Below, one piece after another: positions 52,501 to 64,000 of a DNA stretch of 64,000 nt (position 1 is its first letter; every line of letters begins with the position of its first letter). A model generated the notes under the pieces. It was not told where the DNA came from, did not search any database, and was given only the letters and a program-made list of their open reading frames with translations. Origin of the DNA: Enoplolaimus lenunculus (lineage: Eukaryota); NCBI GenBank assembly GCA_030248215.1, contig JASANG010001107.1, forward strand, positions 558,001 through 622,000. Direction: 5' to 3'. Made by a program: the position numbers and the translations under genes.

Positions 52501-55500
52501 TTAGTCTTATGCGTTTCGAAAGACAACACAAACTATAAACAGCTGAAGTTTTGTTTGCAAAAAAATAAGAGAAAGATTAACTGTGTTCATCGTGGCAATA
52601 TCGATTAGAATAGTGTGAATCAACACCAGCGCCATTCACAAGAGGACTGATAAACGGGATATATCGCGTTATAAAATTTATATCGAAAAACGGAAAAGCG
52701 CATGTATCAGGCCTTAGTACAACCTGAATCCCAGAGTTCAAAGAATTTTCTTCGATACGCCCTCTCGAACTGAAATCCTTGTTACACTCAGGTCAGAAAT
52801 TCGTGGTATATGATTTTATAAATTTTAGCTTTGTTTGTATTTTAGCTTGCATTTTTCGTCTACTATATTCTAACATCTGGTCATGTTGGCCTCAATGGAC
52901 CGTTACCGGTTGATTCTGTGTTCATATATAGACCTGATCGTCGTATTGAAATTTGGCGTTTTTTATTTTATATGGTCCTGCATGCTGGGTAAGTTGACAA
53001 TTTTAGGCAAATAATTTTTTGCTGTAACATCACAGTAAACGCGGGCCAGTGATGACTAGTAAGAACCTCCGCAAGAGCCAAACTAGGTATATTTAGGCAA
53101 TCTCTATGCGGTCTCGAATAGCGTCACCCAGAATCAGTGGCGGATTCAGGATTTTCCGGTGGGAAGGCTACTTTTTGTGTTGCAAAATTTTACATCATAA
53201 AAGCATGTGGTTAACAAATTTTCCATATTTTAAAATTAACAATTTTCACGAAAGCTTAAAACTTTTGAGTTGGTGTCTTAGATTCGATCTATTTTTTATC
53301 GATTTGACTAGTAAATACCAATGTGGGCTTTCGACGGACTATACGTCGTAAAATTTTCAACATGGCACTGCTGGAGAGGGATCCCCTGTTCAGCAGTGAA
53401 ACTGTTCAGTGGTGGCATTTTGTCAGCGTGCCTTTAAATGTTTAGAAATCACTCGTAACCTTGTTCATGTATATAAATTAACTTTTGAAGCAATTATAAT
53501 ACTTGCCCCGAAATAAACAATAATTTCAACCAGACCACTGTTTATGGCCTGGGGGCACAACCGCTAACCAGGATTTTGAACACGAGGGTTACGTTCTATG
53601 AAGATTTCGAAACGAATTTAAAACATCCTAAATCCCCTTTTAAAAACATAAAGGATTTTAAATGTTTACTTTGAATTTGAGATGTAGTTAGCGTTTACGC
53701 TGACCGCTTTATAATTTGAACTGTAATATTAAAATGATTAAGGTCATCAAAATTAAAATTTTTCAAAAGCTTAAAATTTCAAAATTCTTCATTTCCGGTT
53801 TGACATACGCGAGGATTTGCAGCCGTTAATCTATTTCAAACACGCGACATTCTACGTGACACTTTTATGCTTCGGCTGTTATTATAGTAATGCTAGTTAC
53901 AAATTTTCGAGTTTAAAGTAAATCCTCTTAAAATTGAAACTTCAAGTCGTGTTATTCGAGCACGACACGTTTGTTCTGTTAATTTACCAGTTTATTTTCA
54001 TCTATAGCTTAAAATAACGTTTATCACGAAACAAAGACGTTACCAGAATTATTTTCTTCTTTACGGCATTATTTCAATGAAAGTTTTTTGGCAAGTATAT
54101 GTGTAGCGAACGAGAAATATTTTATGGCCTCCAGGGTCATGCATGGTATTCTAACGCCTAGTGCCGTTTTGTCGTCTCTTGCTCTTCAAACAATTCGAGA
54201 CGACTTACATTATCCGCACTCCTATTCAAAACGTCAATGTCTAGAATTAAATTTTAGTGTTCAAGTTTAACAGTGGGGTTTTCGTTTGCACAACAATGTT
54301 TTGGCTACAGTTATCGCGACCCTTAAATTTGCTGACAATTAAATTACTGCTCACTGATTTAAAACAATTCCTCAGTTACAAAACGATGTTTTATTGTTAA
54401 TTTGAAATCGTAATTGCAACATTTGGTTCTTCGAATTACTCTATGTCCAAAGATTTGTTGCAATTTGATTTTAAACTTGAGTTTTGAGGTGACAAAATAC
54501 ACTTAATCAGCATTATGAAACAGTGACTGCTTCTATTTAGGGATATGAATGCTTATTCCGTCTTAGAATTGATTAAGTGCCTTGCAGTAAAAATCTGTGT
54601 TGTATGAGGCATTCATAGTTTTCAAATATGCAGGGAACGAGAACCAGTGTGTCAGTCGACAGACGTCCCTTGGAATATTTTTATGACCAAAAACAATTAC
54701 ATGCAACTCTAAAGCTGATTAGTAACAATTTCAGTTTGCCAAATGCAGTAAATTACTTCGAGACCTCTCGAAAAAAACGGTCCCACGTTACTGCAAGCGC
54801 ACTTCTTAATATCTTCCAAATTAAGCCCATGTAAAAATTAGGGGCGGAACGTTTTTCTGCGGCACTTCTGTGAAGTAAGCTTAAACTTTAGACTGTTTTT
54901 TTGCTCACGCTTAGGTATAAGCTCATTCTTACCCTTAAGCTTAGGCTTAGGAATATACTTATACTACTATTAAGGCACTATTTTATACATTATCCCAAAT
55001 TCGCGCTGTGACTAAGTTGAAAAGGTATAAATAATTTGTTTGAAAATCAGCCCAAGATTGTGTTCAAATCAGCTATAGAAAATTGCAAATAATTGTGCTG
55101 ATTTTAGATGGGTTCATTTAATATTCAATCTTCTGGTGCAATTGCTAGTTGGTTTACCGTTAGAAATGGTTCATGGAAGCATTCGAGTTGCGACTGTGTA
55201 TTTTGCCGGCGTTCTTGCAGGTAAATTTACGATTTTTAAAAATATTTTCCAAATTTACAAGCAGCTAAAGTGATGGCGAGAGCCTTGCGTTCCCAACGAA
55301 GCAACCAGTGTTGATAACTATAACTATGCACTGAAAACTATTTATCTAAAGCTCACGTGTTTCCTAGAAGTATCTAGAAAATATGACCTGATTATAACAC
55401 AAGGTTAAAATTGTTAGCAGCATTAGATTAGATGTATGCCCAACTCGTATATAAGCTGATTTGCCATAAAATGATAAAGTTTGTTAACATCGTAGACCTT

Positions 55501-58019
55501 TGAATACTGGTGCAACTTTAAGATGATGAACTGTTGACAGCTAAAAGCAACAGTTAACGGACTAAATTTCGATTCGTTTAGATTAATTTACAGTTTACTA
55601 ATTCATGCATAAATTTTGGGTTTTCTGTTCTGGTTTGAAGATGTATCAGTTTAAAATGTTTCAGGTTCATTAGGAACAAGTGTTTTCGATTCTGACGCAT
55701 ACTTAGTCGGCGCGTCTGGTGGCGTTTATGCCTTGCTTGCTGCTCATATATCAAATGTACTTTTAGTAAGTTGCTATTAAAATTTTCAATATTGTAAGTA
55801 TTAATATATGCATCAAGAACAGATGAGCATACGGGCCAGTGTCCAGAGGAGGGCAGAAGTGGCTCAGCCCTCCTGGAAGAATTTTGCCCCTTCCCCGTAC
55901 AAAATTTGCACCCTTGATTGTAAGTCATCGAAAACCAATGTATGGCACTCACCCTCTTGAAAAATGCTTACCACCTTTAGCAACATAAGCTGGCTACCTT
56001 ACTGTCAAGAAACAGTTCAGTGATTTAGCGGCTGTAAAGAAAATTGTTATATTTTAAATTCGCTGTTCATTGTATTTGATAGAATAATGAAACATACTCT
56101 AGATACATGGTGGTAGCCCTTCGTTTATCGAAAAAACAATAAACATTTACAAGTATAACACAAAAAATTTGTTTTCTGCTTTCACAAACTTTACGCACTT
56201 AAGTAAAAAGAATAAACATTAACTTGTTATTTATATAATAGATATTAAACAAAGCAGTGCCACTGCATACCCCCTACTTCCCATGCGAGCGGGACACTTG
56301 AAGCCGGCAAACCTATCCGCTATGAGGGTTCAAAAAATTTGAGCCAGTGTAATTCAGGTTTCGCATCCTGTCATTCACGCTTATTCCGCTTTTCGTTTGC
56401 TTCTCCCGACGTTTTTTCAACTATTATTTATTGCGATTTCGTATATATGCCCCCCTCGTTTTTGGATTGTGAATTAGCTGCTCTAGAACTGACCCAATCT
56501 CACAAGTTAGGGAGGCTCGGATACTTTTACCGCGGCAGGGATATTTGGTTTATCATTGCTTAGAATTTGTTCGGTCTGGAAGAAAAAAAATAAGAACTTG
56601 CGAGCTGTTGCTTATAAAAATGCAAGTTGTTAAATTATATCTGTAAAAGATAAATTCTGCCACAACGCATAGAATTAGTTTGGTTCACGTTGCGAATTTA
56701 CATTTTGTCATGCTACGGCGAATTGGTGATGGCTTTTAGCTGAAATGAGAACATGGTCCACGCCGCTACTAATAAGAAAAATTTAATCTTTTTTGTCAAA
56801 ACGAGTCGTCGCCAGAGGTGGTCAGAGTGGCTCAACCCACTGAAAGGCTTTTGGCCACCCTAGAAATTGTCAACTGTGCTTGTAAAGTCATCACAAACCT
56901 TTGTATGCACCTCCTGAAATATGTTCAGCCCCCTATCCAAGTGAGGTGGCATGGCTGCGGTCCTTTGTTGAAACCGTTAAATCTATTGTTCTAATAAGAA
57001 GACACCTAAACGTAAACTTATTTTTCAATTGTTTTAGAATTATTCACATATGGAATGCGGCATGTTTCGAATATTTTGTATCTTTTTAATTGGTAAGTGA
57101 CATTTTCCAATTATGAACCACATATATCGTTCAGCAATGTGTCAATATTTCAGTGTGTTATGAAGAATTTAAGCAGGAACTTGCCCCGTTGTACCTGCAA
57201 CAGTTGTCTAGTAGGATTAGCGCATTCTTCTATAAGTTATTCAAACGGCAACTGTGCAGAACGTTGTGGATTTTGCGTTGATACAGCATGCATTTAACGC
57301 TTTGCAATTCGGAAACAAAGCTGTGTTACATATAAGAAAGACAACGTAATTGTGTTGATGCTATGGCGTGCAAGCTGTTCTGTAACTTTTTTGCCAACTC
57401 TTCTCAGTCCACTTTTGTGCGGTTCCCATATAATTACGGATTTACAGCTTGTTGCTTACACAGTGTTTAAAAGAGTTTTAGCTAGTTCAGGGTTGAATAA
57501 ATATTTTTAGCTAGTGCAGATGTTGGCTTTGCAATTTGGAGCCGTTACGCTCCAGTGCCATTGCTGATGAACGTTTCACCAACGATCGCGACAACCGTTG
57601 GTGTGCCATTTTCTTCGCCTGTCGAAACGCAACAACCGATAAACGCTCAGACAAGTCGCTTACTCACACCACTGCCAACAACCAATCAGATTCTAGAACC
57701 GCTTTCATCGTGGACCAATCAAAATCGAGGTGATGTGTACGCCGCTACCATTACAACTACTTCATACGTTGCTCATTTAGCTGGCGCTTTAGCCGGACTA
57801 ACAATTGGCCTTGTGGTACTCAAACATTTTGATCGTAAACCACCCGTAGGATGTTGTGTTTGGTGGTGTGCCCTCGTACTCTATACAGCGGCAACTTTCG
57901 CTGCAGTGACGTGGAACATTTTTGGATCCCAAATTCAAGTGTACTGGCTGGATTCGCCCGATCCTGGTGCACAATTTAAGTTTGGATTGAATGAACAGCA
58001 GGCAATTCAGTATGCGTGA
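28490..58019 (+). CDS. rho: Rhomboid intramembrane serine protease with N-terminal EF-hand-like region (RHBDL1/3-type, arthropod rhomboid-like); whole-gene span, start exon uncertain
   Basis: Phase-consistent GT-AG exons give FDREGFGE...[19 protein letters not shown]...[26 protein letters not shown], catalytic GASGG (Ser 55715-55717) and [12 protein letters not shown] (His 57774-57776). Confidence 0.92.
29110..29133 (+). CDS. rho: Rhomboid 24-nt microexon ELQMLFWK
   Basis: ttttag acceptor, AAG|GTAAGT donor, phase 0/0; supplies the helix entering the EF-hand loop FDREGFGE. Confidence 0.7.
30808..31564. mobile_element. PIF/Harbinger-like non-autonomous element (757 bp)
   Basis: 28-bp perfect TIR agccctattcacacgtgcaagtttttgc; 3-bp TSD taa at 30805-30807 and 31565-31567. 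Confidence 0.85.
34169..34353. mobile_element. hAT-like MITE
   Basis: Imperfect TIR cacggctggagca / tgctccggcactg; perfect 8-bp TSD acaactgt on both sides. Confidence 0.75.
35685..37088 (+). CDS. rho: Putative alternative long first exon of rhomboid (383-aa extension running into the EF-hand exon)
   Basis: 1.4-kb stop-free frame in AT-rich DNA from ATG 35685, in frame through the internal acceptor at 36833 to the donor after 37088. Confidence 0.65.
36834..37088 (+). CDS. rho: Rhomboid EF-hand-like exon
   Basis: ttttacag|TTC acceptor, TTG|GTAATT donor, 85 codons [14 protein letters not shown]...VTYQEFVDL, joining VSNKRRRSF at 52214. Confidence 0.88.
38666..38830. mobile_element. hAT-like MITE family (~150-165 bp), representative copy
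   Basis: 8-bp direct flank tggttact; 3' block aaaattttt-agcccccctagcaaggtgagctggctacg shared with copies near 15632-15790, 20215-20385, 48565-48720, 49490-49655, 55830-56000, 56800-56965. Confidence 0.7.
39954..40135. mobile_element. PIF/Harbinger-like GC-rich MITE (relatives ~20610-20697, 25780-26206, 27069-27165, 27612-27708)
   Basis: TIR gggttgcgct / agcgcaaccc, TSD tta; internal cggcgccgtc / cgtcacc motifs. Confidence 0.75.
42013..46205. repeat. 4.2-kb tandem array of 18-bp unit CCCCAACGGTTGGTTTCA (~230 units) within the rhomboid intron
   Basis: Directly visible; translates as (VKPTVG)n on minus and (PTVGFT)n, (PNGWFH)n, (PQRLVS)n on plus. Confidence 0.97.
46356..47255. mobile_element. 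900-bp element with 177-bp near-perfect terminal inverted repeats
   Basis: 46356-46532 is the reverse complement of 47079-47255 (one mismatch seen); termini ACTAG...CTAGT; no clear TSD or ORF. Confidence 0.85.
52214..52453 (+). CDS. rho: Rhomboid exon ([10 protein letters not shown]...[17 protein letters not shown])
   Basis: tttcag acceptor, GAG|GTTAGC donor; conserved CCPPP before TM1. Confidence 0.93.
52846..52988 (+). CDS. rho: Rhomboid exon (LAFFVYY...[14 protein letters not shown])
   Basis: ttttag acceptor, GG|GTAAGT donor; WR motif. Confidence 0.93.
55108..55220 (+). CDS. rho: Rhomboid exon ([23 protein letters not shown]...AGVLAG)
   Basis: ttttag acceptor, CAG|GTAAAT donor; HxxxN motif. 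Confidence 0.93.
55665..55765 (+). CDS. rho: Rhomboid catalytic-Ser exon ([33 protein letters not shown])
   Basis: tttcag acceptor, GTAAGT donor; GASGG motif. Confidence 0.95.
57038..57092 (+). CDS. rho: Rhomboid exon ([18 protein letters not shown])
   Basis: ttttag acceptor, G|GTAAGT donor; phases match both neighbours. Confidence 0.9.
57511..58019 (+). CDS. rho: Rhomboid last exon with catalytic His
   Basis: tttttag acceptor; [13 protein letters not shown]...[23 protein letters not shown]...AVTWNIF...*. Confidence 0.93.
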
Positions 58020-61000
58020 TAACGACCACAGAGCTTGTCGCGCATGTTGTATAGGAAATCTGAGCCCTAGTACACTTCGCCACATTTAAAGTTAAGGTTT
58101 AGGATTTCGAAAAAAGTTAAGAGAACACTTAGGTATATGTATTGTTTTTCCTAAGCCTAAGCCTGAACTAAAGCAGAATATTTTATGTGTCATGTTTTGG
58201 TTTATTCTATCTTGCCAGTTCTTTGTAGGTAGATTTGTTCAAAAACCATACACAGTAGCTAAGCTTTAGTCGAATGTTTTGCTTAGGCTTAGGTTTACGT
58301 ACCAATTTATCATTACGCTTAGGCTTAGGAAAATGCTTAGCTTAGATTACTGCTACGGCTCTGTTCTATGCATTGGCCTTCACCTCAAATCCCGAAAAAA
58401 TTTCCCTAGGACCATAAATGACTACTGTATCTAAGAAGTCAAATAATTTTGCTACTTTAAGGTACACTTTCCTAAAATGAACTTCTGGTCGGTACACTCT
58501 TTTAAACCAGAATGATGACCAGCAATTTACAGTATACCTTGATTATATATAAAAGCTGCATTCAACTAGAGCAATTATTTGCAGCGGCAACTTATTCTAC
58601 AGTAAGCGTGTTCCAGTGTTCACAATTTACTATGTGGATATTCGCATCGAAAGTTATTTTTAGCAAGTTCAGTGTAATATAATCGAATAACTTTTATAAT
58701 TAAAAAATTCATAATGCGTCGACTGTAGTCGTGTATGAGATTTAGAACGTCGAGTTTAAGATATTATTTTGCATTCATTAATGTTACCTGAAAACTAAAA
58801 ATTTGTTCAGGCTTGTAGTGACGGATCCAGAAATATCTGAGTTGGGCTGCGTGATATATAATATAGAATAGCGAAAAAAGTACAAAAGCGGCAAACCAAA
58901 CGCAATTTAAGTACTGAATAATTGTAACAAAAATTTTGGTTTCGTGTTTGTTGGAAAGCATGGTGCAGGTGAGCCCGTTTCGGATTCGCCGGTGCCAGCG
59001 GTTGTTTGTTATTCTTAGTTTTGTTAATTGTTGTGTTTATTTGAGTGGCCTAAACTAGTCTGGTTCGAAATTTAGCGTTTTTTATATGGTATTTGTATGC
59101 GTATTTTGATATATTAAACGTGCCTTTCGGGCAACTTAACTTACGAACTGTTGTTGACTTTAACTTAAATGACATTTAGCATTTGCGTTAACACCGTCAA
59201 GCTAAATTAACCGGCGATTGTAAATGTTGCCTGCCGAAAGGTATAAATTGGTGGGTGCCGGCACCGTAATAACAAAAAATATTGCTTCTTGAGAGATACT
59301 TGGTAGATTTTTAACTATTACCAATAAGGCACAGCCTGTAGCTGACAGCAATGAAAATAAACGAGAGATGACGGAACCATTCGCTCCTGTCTCGTAATGT
59401 CTCAGCGCGTCTTTAACTAATGATTTTTTTATGAATAATCGGTAGTATGATTTGAGTAGCAGCTATCATCAGATATAGCAGTCAGCTCAACCTGGTGGGG
59501 CGGCAAAACAATTTTAGGAGGTAAAACGGTTAATACAGCAACGTTACCAGCCGGGCTGAAACTTTTGTAGGAGGCTAATTTTTTTGAGAGCCAGCAATCA
59601 AAATTTATAACGCCGATAATTTTGCTACATTGTGATCCATTTATGTAAAGTTTATACAACTGCATTCGCATGCAAAATTTAGCCTAGAACAACCAAAATT
59701 CGCATCATTTTTCTTTTTCTTTCAGTAAGGATTGTTCGTTTTAGTTCCATAGATAAAGGCATCAGTGAGCGGGTAGGAAAAATATCACCTCGACACTTAT
59801 GGATTGGCGATAAAAAACGTTTCTATAGGAGTTAAAGTTTCCTCTTAAGGCATAGAGTGCTGAAATTCGAAATAATTGCTGTAGCGATTTTATTCCAATG
59901 CAAACGTTCTGGTTTTTATATTGGCTCATGTATTTATCCTATGTATAATAGAACAGGGCCTGATCGTTTTCATGCGGGGCTATAATAGACACGATTTAAG
60001 CTTTAGACTAACTTTTTTGATTAGGCTTAGGCTTAGGGTTAGGAACAGGCTCATCCTTGCGCTTAGGCTTAGGAATATGATTATACTACTGTTCTGACCC
60101 TGATGTGTACATGGGCCGTTATTTTTATGCTTCTGTTATGTTTTATGTTCCACTTGTTTCGTATAAGCGATGTTGAACTGTGAATATATATTTGTGCAAT
60201 TGTTTATAATCCATGATGAATAAATCATTGTTGCCGAATAGTATGAATTATACAATGTATGAGTTATAATAAACCAAAATAAGTTGGACTCAACAGCAAA
60301 TTTAGCTGAAGTTTCCACAAATGTGATGTAACGTTGGCTACTGACTTGGAAGAACAATTTTTGCATCAACAAACTGTGTCTGAGTTCGAAAAACAAAAAT
60401 ATGAAGCCGGCTGGCGGCTAAGAAATTATTATACAGACGATATGTTTAGACATAGAATTCTTTGAGTGTTGTCAGAAAAAATTTCAACCTGCGGCAGCGA
60501 CACAGTAACCGGGGAGGCAGGCGGTGTCAACCCCTTCCAGTTTTGAAATTTGAAAATTTTGCATAACATAAAATAGAACATTTTATGAAATTATATATAA
60601 TCTTTTTTTCAAATGGACTAAAATTGCCTTTGGTTTTTCGCACACTTGGGAGCAAATGTAACTGTAGAGCGGAAGCGGACTTCCTGCTTCCGGTAGTCGC
60701 GTCCCTGACGATGCGCCCTCCAAGTGATGAACTATATGCAAAAGCGTACATATTTTATTTCAAACGGCATTCGGGTACATATTTAAAAACAATGGTTACA
60801 ATAACATTGGTAATTTTTAATTAGCCTGTAGGTTTCTGTGAAAATTTATGCAAACGACTGTTAACGTTAGATAGTTTAGTCAAAGCGATTTTTTATTCAG
60901 AAAGTTTAGGTCACATAGCTCGATCGTATTTGAAAACAAACGACATTGCATAATATGGAATAAATATTTCAAGCCAAAACGGGAATTATTTCACTAATCA

Positions 61001-61316
61001 ATTACGCCAAAGTTGCTCTGAGGGGCGTCAACGACATTAGTATAAGCCAGGGTACAACCGGAGGTCCGCCTCCGGATCCGTATCCAACAGAAAATCGACC
61101 TCCGGTTCCGGTAGAATTTTGCCGGAAGTTCTGACAATTTCGGTAGTGAAATTTAGCACAGTATATACAGAATTTATTTTTTGTCGCGTTTCGTATCCTA
61201 AAGCTTAAGCGTCACTTTTGGCCGTCGGCCACTCAGAGTAACATGGACAAACACTTGAAACTGGATTTATATTTTTGGTTTTCTAAATCTCATCGTGCCA
61301 CCGAAATCGCCATCAT

Positions 61317-61931
61317 TTAACCCCACATTCCTCGGCTCGCTGTCCAACTATTGACTTGACCGGGCGCACTTCGTTTGCCCCACATGCCTCGTGCGTTTTG
61401 CCATTGATTCCGTTTATCCATTTGATCGACATAAAATTGAACTGCTGGATAACTACGAGTGATATATTGACCGTACCGCTTGCCAAACATCCCAATTTGT
61501 CGTGGTATACCACCAGCGGCACCTGACCTTTTACGCCGCCCCCACATTCCTCGTGCATTTTGCCAATTTTCGCGTTTAATCGCAGCAATTTCATCCCCTC
61601 CTACAAACAGGCTATCGTCGTCCAACAGTTCGTCTTCAGGCACAATCAAATAATTGACCGCAGATCCAGGATCGCTTAATCCTTGTAACCCCTCAACCCC
61701 GCTTCGTTTCTTACCCCACATCCCCCGCATATTTTTCCAGTCGTCTCGTTTTGGGTACATACTCATCTCGTAGCCGTCTAAATCAAACGAACGCTCGTTT
61801 CGTGTATTTGACGCTGCGTTTTGATTATGTGCAATTTCCTCTGCTTCTGAGCTTGTCAGCAATGCAACAAGTGCAATTACTGCAGTTGCAGTCAAAAAAC
61901 AATACGGTTTGGCTTCGTAAATTGATGTCAT
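61317..61931 (-). CDS. Mip: Myoinhibitory peptide / allatostatin-B (W-X6-W-amide) precursor, 204 aa, single coding exon
   Basis: Signal peptide (~aa 1-30); basic-site-flanked DDWKNMRGMWG, ENWQNARGMWG, NQWQNARGMWG, SAPGQVNSWTASRGMWG with amidation Gly; acceptor ttttaccttag| 10 nt upstream of the ATG (exon starts 61941) implies a 5'UTR intron. Confidence 0.95.
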   Translation of the reverse strand: MTSIYEAKPYCFLTATAVIALVALLTSSEAEEIAHNQNAASNTRNERSFDLDGYEMSMYPKRDDWKNMRGMWGKKRSGVEGLQGLSDPGSAVNYLIVPEDELLDDDSLFVGGDEIAAIKRENWQNARGMWGRRKRSGAAGGIPRQIGMFGKRYGQYITRSYPAVQFYVDQMDKRNQWQNARGMWGKRSAPGQVNSWTASRGMWG

Positions 61932-62609
61932 TGTATGGGTTCTAAGGTAAAAGGTGTGTTGTTCGTAACTATTTAACTGCTAATTTAAATTTCAGTACTT
62001 ATGCTGAAAATAGAGGCAAATATAGGCAGCGCTATTTTTGTTCTAAAAACATACCCAAGTCCTCAAATACGGGAAGATAATGATTGCGGGCTTTACTCTC
62101 TGGCCCAAATATTGGGCTGTGTTCCTCAGACTTTGAAAATTTTTGCATCTTTGAGCTGCTCATGACATTCCCTATTCATTATACATTAAGATTTGAATTT
62201 TCAAAAAATCTATTTTTTCGGTCCAACATCTCAAGTCCTGGGACCAAAAATTTTAAATCAAAAATTTAGGTAATGTATATACGTAAATAAATAAATATAT
62301 TATATATATCATTTGGCACAGTTTACGGACCTGAATCGCAAGATCTTAAATTTTTGCAATCAGTAGAACGGTTCAATAGTTATAACCGAAAACTGTATTG
62401 AGGCATCCATGCCGAATAATTGACAGCGCGCCAAATCAGTTTTTGTGTGCCGCACCTACCATCATCAATTGATAATTGGGTTTTAAACTAACAAACGTCT
62501 GCAGTTTCAGATAAAAAAATTGTAAGGTAATCGGGAGAGTCAAATGCTGGAAATGAGTTAATTTATGAAATTCACCATACCCTGGTTCGGAAGTTAGAAG
62601 ACATCTCAC

Positions 62610-63012
62610 CAGGGTGCAAACGGGTAGTAAAAATAACGGAAACGGATAGTGATCAAAATAACGGAAATGAAACCGGAAACGGAAAACGGATATTGAAGTA
62701 TAAAAGTTTCAAAGATGTTTTATCTTTATGCCACCACAATTGAGTTATGCAAATATTCATTCTACTTTGTAAAATGTTAAAGAAAAAATAGCGGATGCAA
62801 CGAAAATTTTAAGATTTTGGATGAATTTCGTAATTTATATTTTATTCCGTGCAATCTCAAAATCGCTCTAATGATAAATTGCGAGATATATGATTGATTT
62901 ACAATTAACTTTTGAGCCTAAAAACAACAGAATTTGTGGTATTTCTATAACGGAACCGTACACCGATTTTTAACGGAAACGGAAACGAAAACGAATATCC
63001 GGTTACACCCTG
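62610..63012. mobile_element. hAT-like MITE (related ends at ~37871, ~61048, 63306-63702)
   Basis: TIR cagggtgcaaacgg / ccggttacaccctg; 8-bp TSD catctcac / catatcac; subterminal aacggaa repeats. Confidence 0.8.
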
Positions 63013-63920
63013 CATATCACCAACTGGCGGTATAATGAAACGTTTCGAAAGACAAGTAATTTGGCATTATCTGCCCTTGTTTGATATGGCTTCAAAGTTG
63101 TATTTTTCTGCACATTATTAAGAGGTTTCGGATATTAAGCTTTTTATGTATGCTTCAGTCACGTGCGGTAATATGAGAGTGAGTGGGATACCATAAGCGA
63201 ACGTTGCAAAAATTGGAGAGCGCTATTTGCCATACGACTCCATATTAATTTCAACAATTTTAATTGCATTTACTAGTGCAAATTCTATGTTTATTAGCAG
63301 CTATTCCGGGTGCAACCGGAAAAGAATAATACCGGAGTCGGAGTCGGAACCGTAACCTGAGGTCAACAAAATTTGCCGGAGCCGCAGCCAGAGCCGGAGC
63401 TAAAACCGGAGATGAAGCGAAATTAGGTAGTGAAAACGATGTTTAATTTGTTGATTTTAGCAAATATCTGTAACCTGTTGCTTAATCGTTTAGTTATACG
63501 GTTACTTTTTGCGAAATATCCGCAATTCTATCCTCAAAATTGTGCCAAAGCTTGAAACGAAACGCGCCAAACTGTTAAATCTTGTAAAACTATGCAAAAT
63601 TTCACTACCGAAATTGCCAGAACCTCTGGCAAATCTCTGCCGGAGCCGTACAAACCGGAGGTTTTTTGCCGTGGCCGGAGGCCGAGCTCCGGTTGTACCC
63701 TGAGCCATATACATATACTTTGGTTGGGAAGCCGGCTTATACAAGAGGAAGTGACAGCGGGAAATAGCATTTCCAAAAATTTTGTGAAGAGATAAAAAAA
63801 GCACTTTCATAGGCTTCAGTAGAGCTTTCTGACCGGATCTTAAAGTCCAGCCACTATGCTCGCTGTCTATCGTTGCTTGCAAAAAACCCTTTCAACTAAA
63901 ATTCTCGACTCTCAAATTAA

Positions 63921-64000
63921 CCCCTTCTCACCTTGAGTTGCCTATAGGCAACTCAGCGCACTGTATATACGGTAAATAATATCACTGTGTTTAACAATTG
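63921..64000. mobile_element. End of a piggyBac-like element (same family as 8100-8362), runs off window
   Basis: TTAA|ccccttctcac terminus followed by 22-bp perfect palindrome tgagttgcctataggcaactca (63934-63955). Confidence 0.7.

Noticed and set aside
58020..61316. Functional linkage of the convergent rhomboid and MIP genes
   Set aside because: Adjacency alone; the 3.3-kb gap contains MITEs and there is no evidence of overlap or co-regulation.

Overview
AT-rich, intron-containing animal genomic DNA, very probably arthropod (judged from an arthropod-type rhomboid and a W-X6-W-amide neuropeptide precursor), dense in short non-autonomous DNA transposons. Three genes are well supported. (1) The 3' part of a 4-TM MARVEL-like gene (+, exons <3-56, 524-694, 1087-1242, 2353-2484). 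(2) A large EF-hand rhomboid intramembrane serine protease gene (+; exons 28490-28554?, 24-nt microexon 29110-29133, 36834-37088, 52214-52453, 52846-52988, 55108-55220, 55665-55765, 57038-57092, 57511-58019). It has an apparent alternative ~380-aa N-terminus containing relic EF-hand-exon motifs and a ~70-aa S/T/P-rich TM5-TM6 loop. (3) A convergent myoinhibitory peptide/allatostatin-B precursor (-, 61317-61931) with four RGMW-amide peptides plus a divergent I-X6-F-amide. The 15-kb rhomboid intron holds a 4.2-kb array of an 18-bp palindrome-cored unit that reads as long repetitive ORFs on both strands, next to a 900-bp element with 177-bp TIRs. A TTAGGC-carrying MITE family, hAT-, PIF/Harbinger- and piggyBac-like MITEs and several minisatellites make up much of the rest. 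Family assignments are by motif recognition from memory, not database searches; most short ORFs in the track are spurious.
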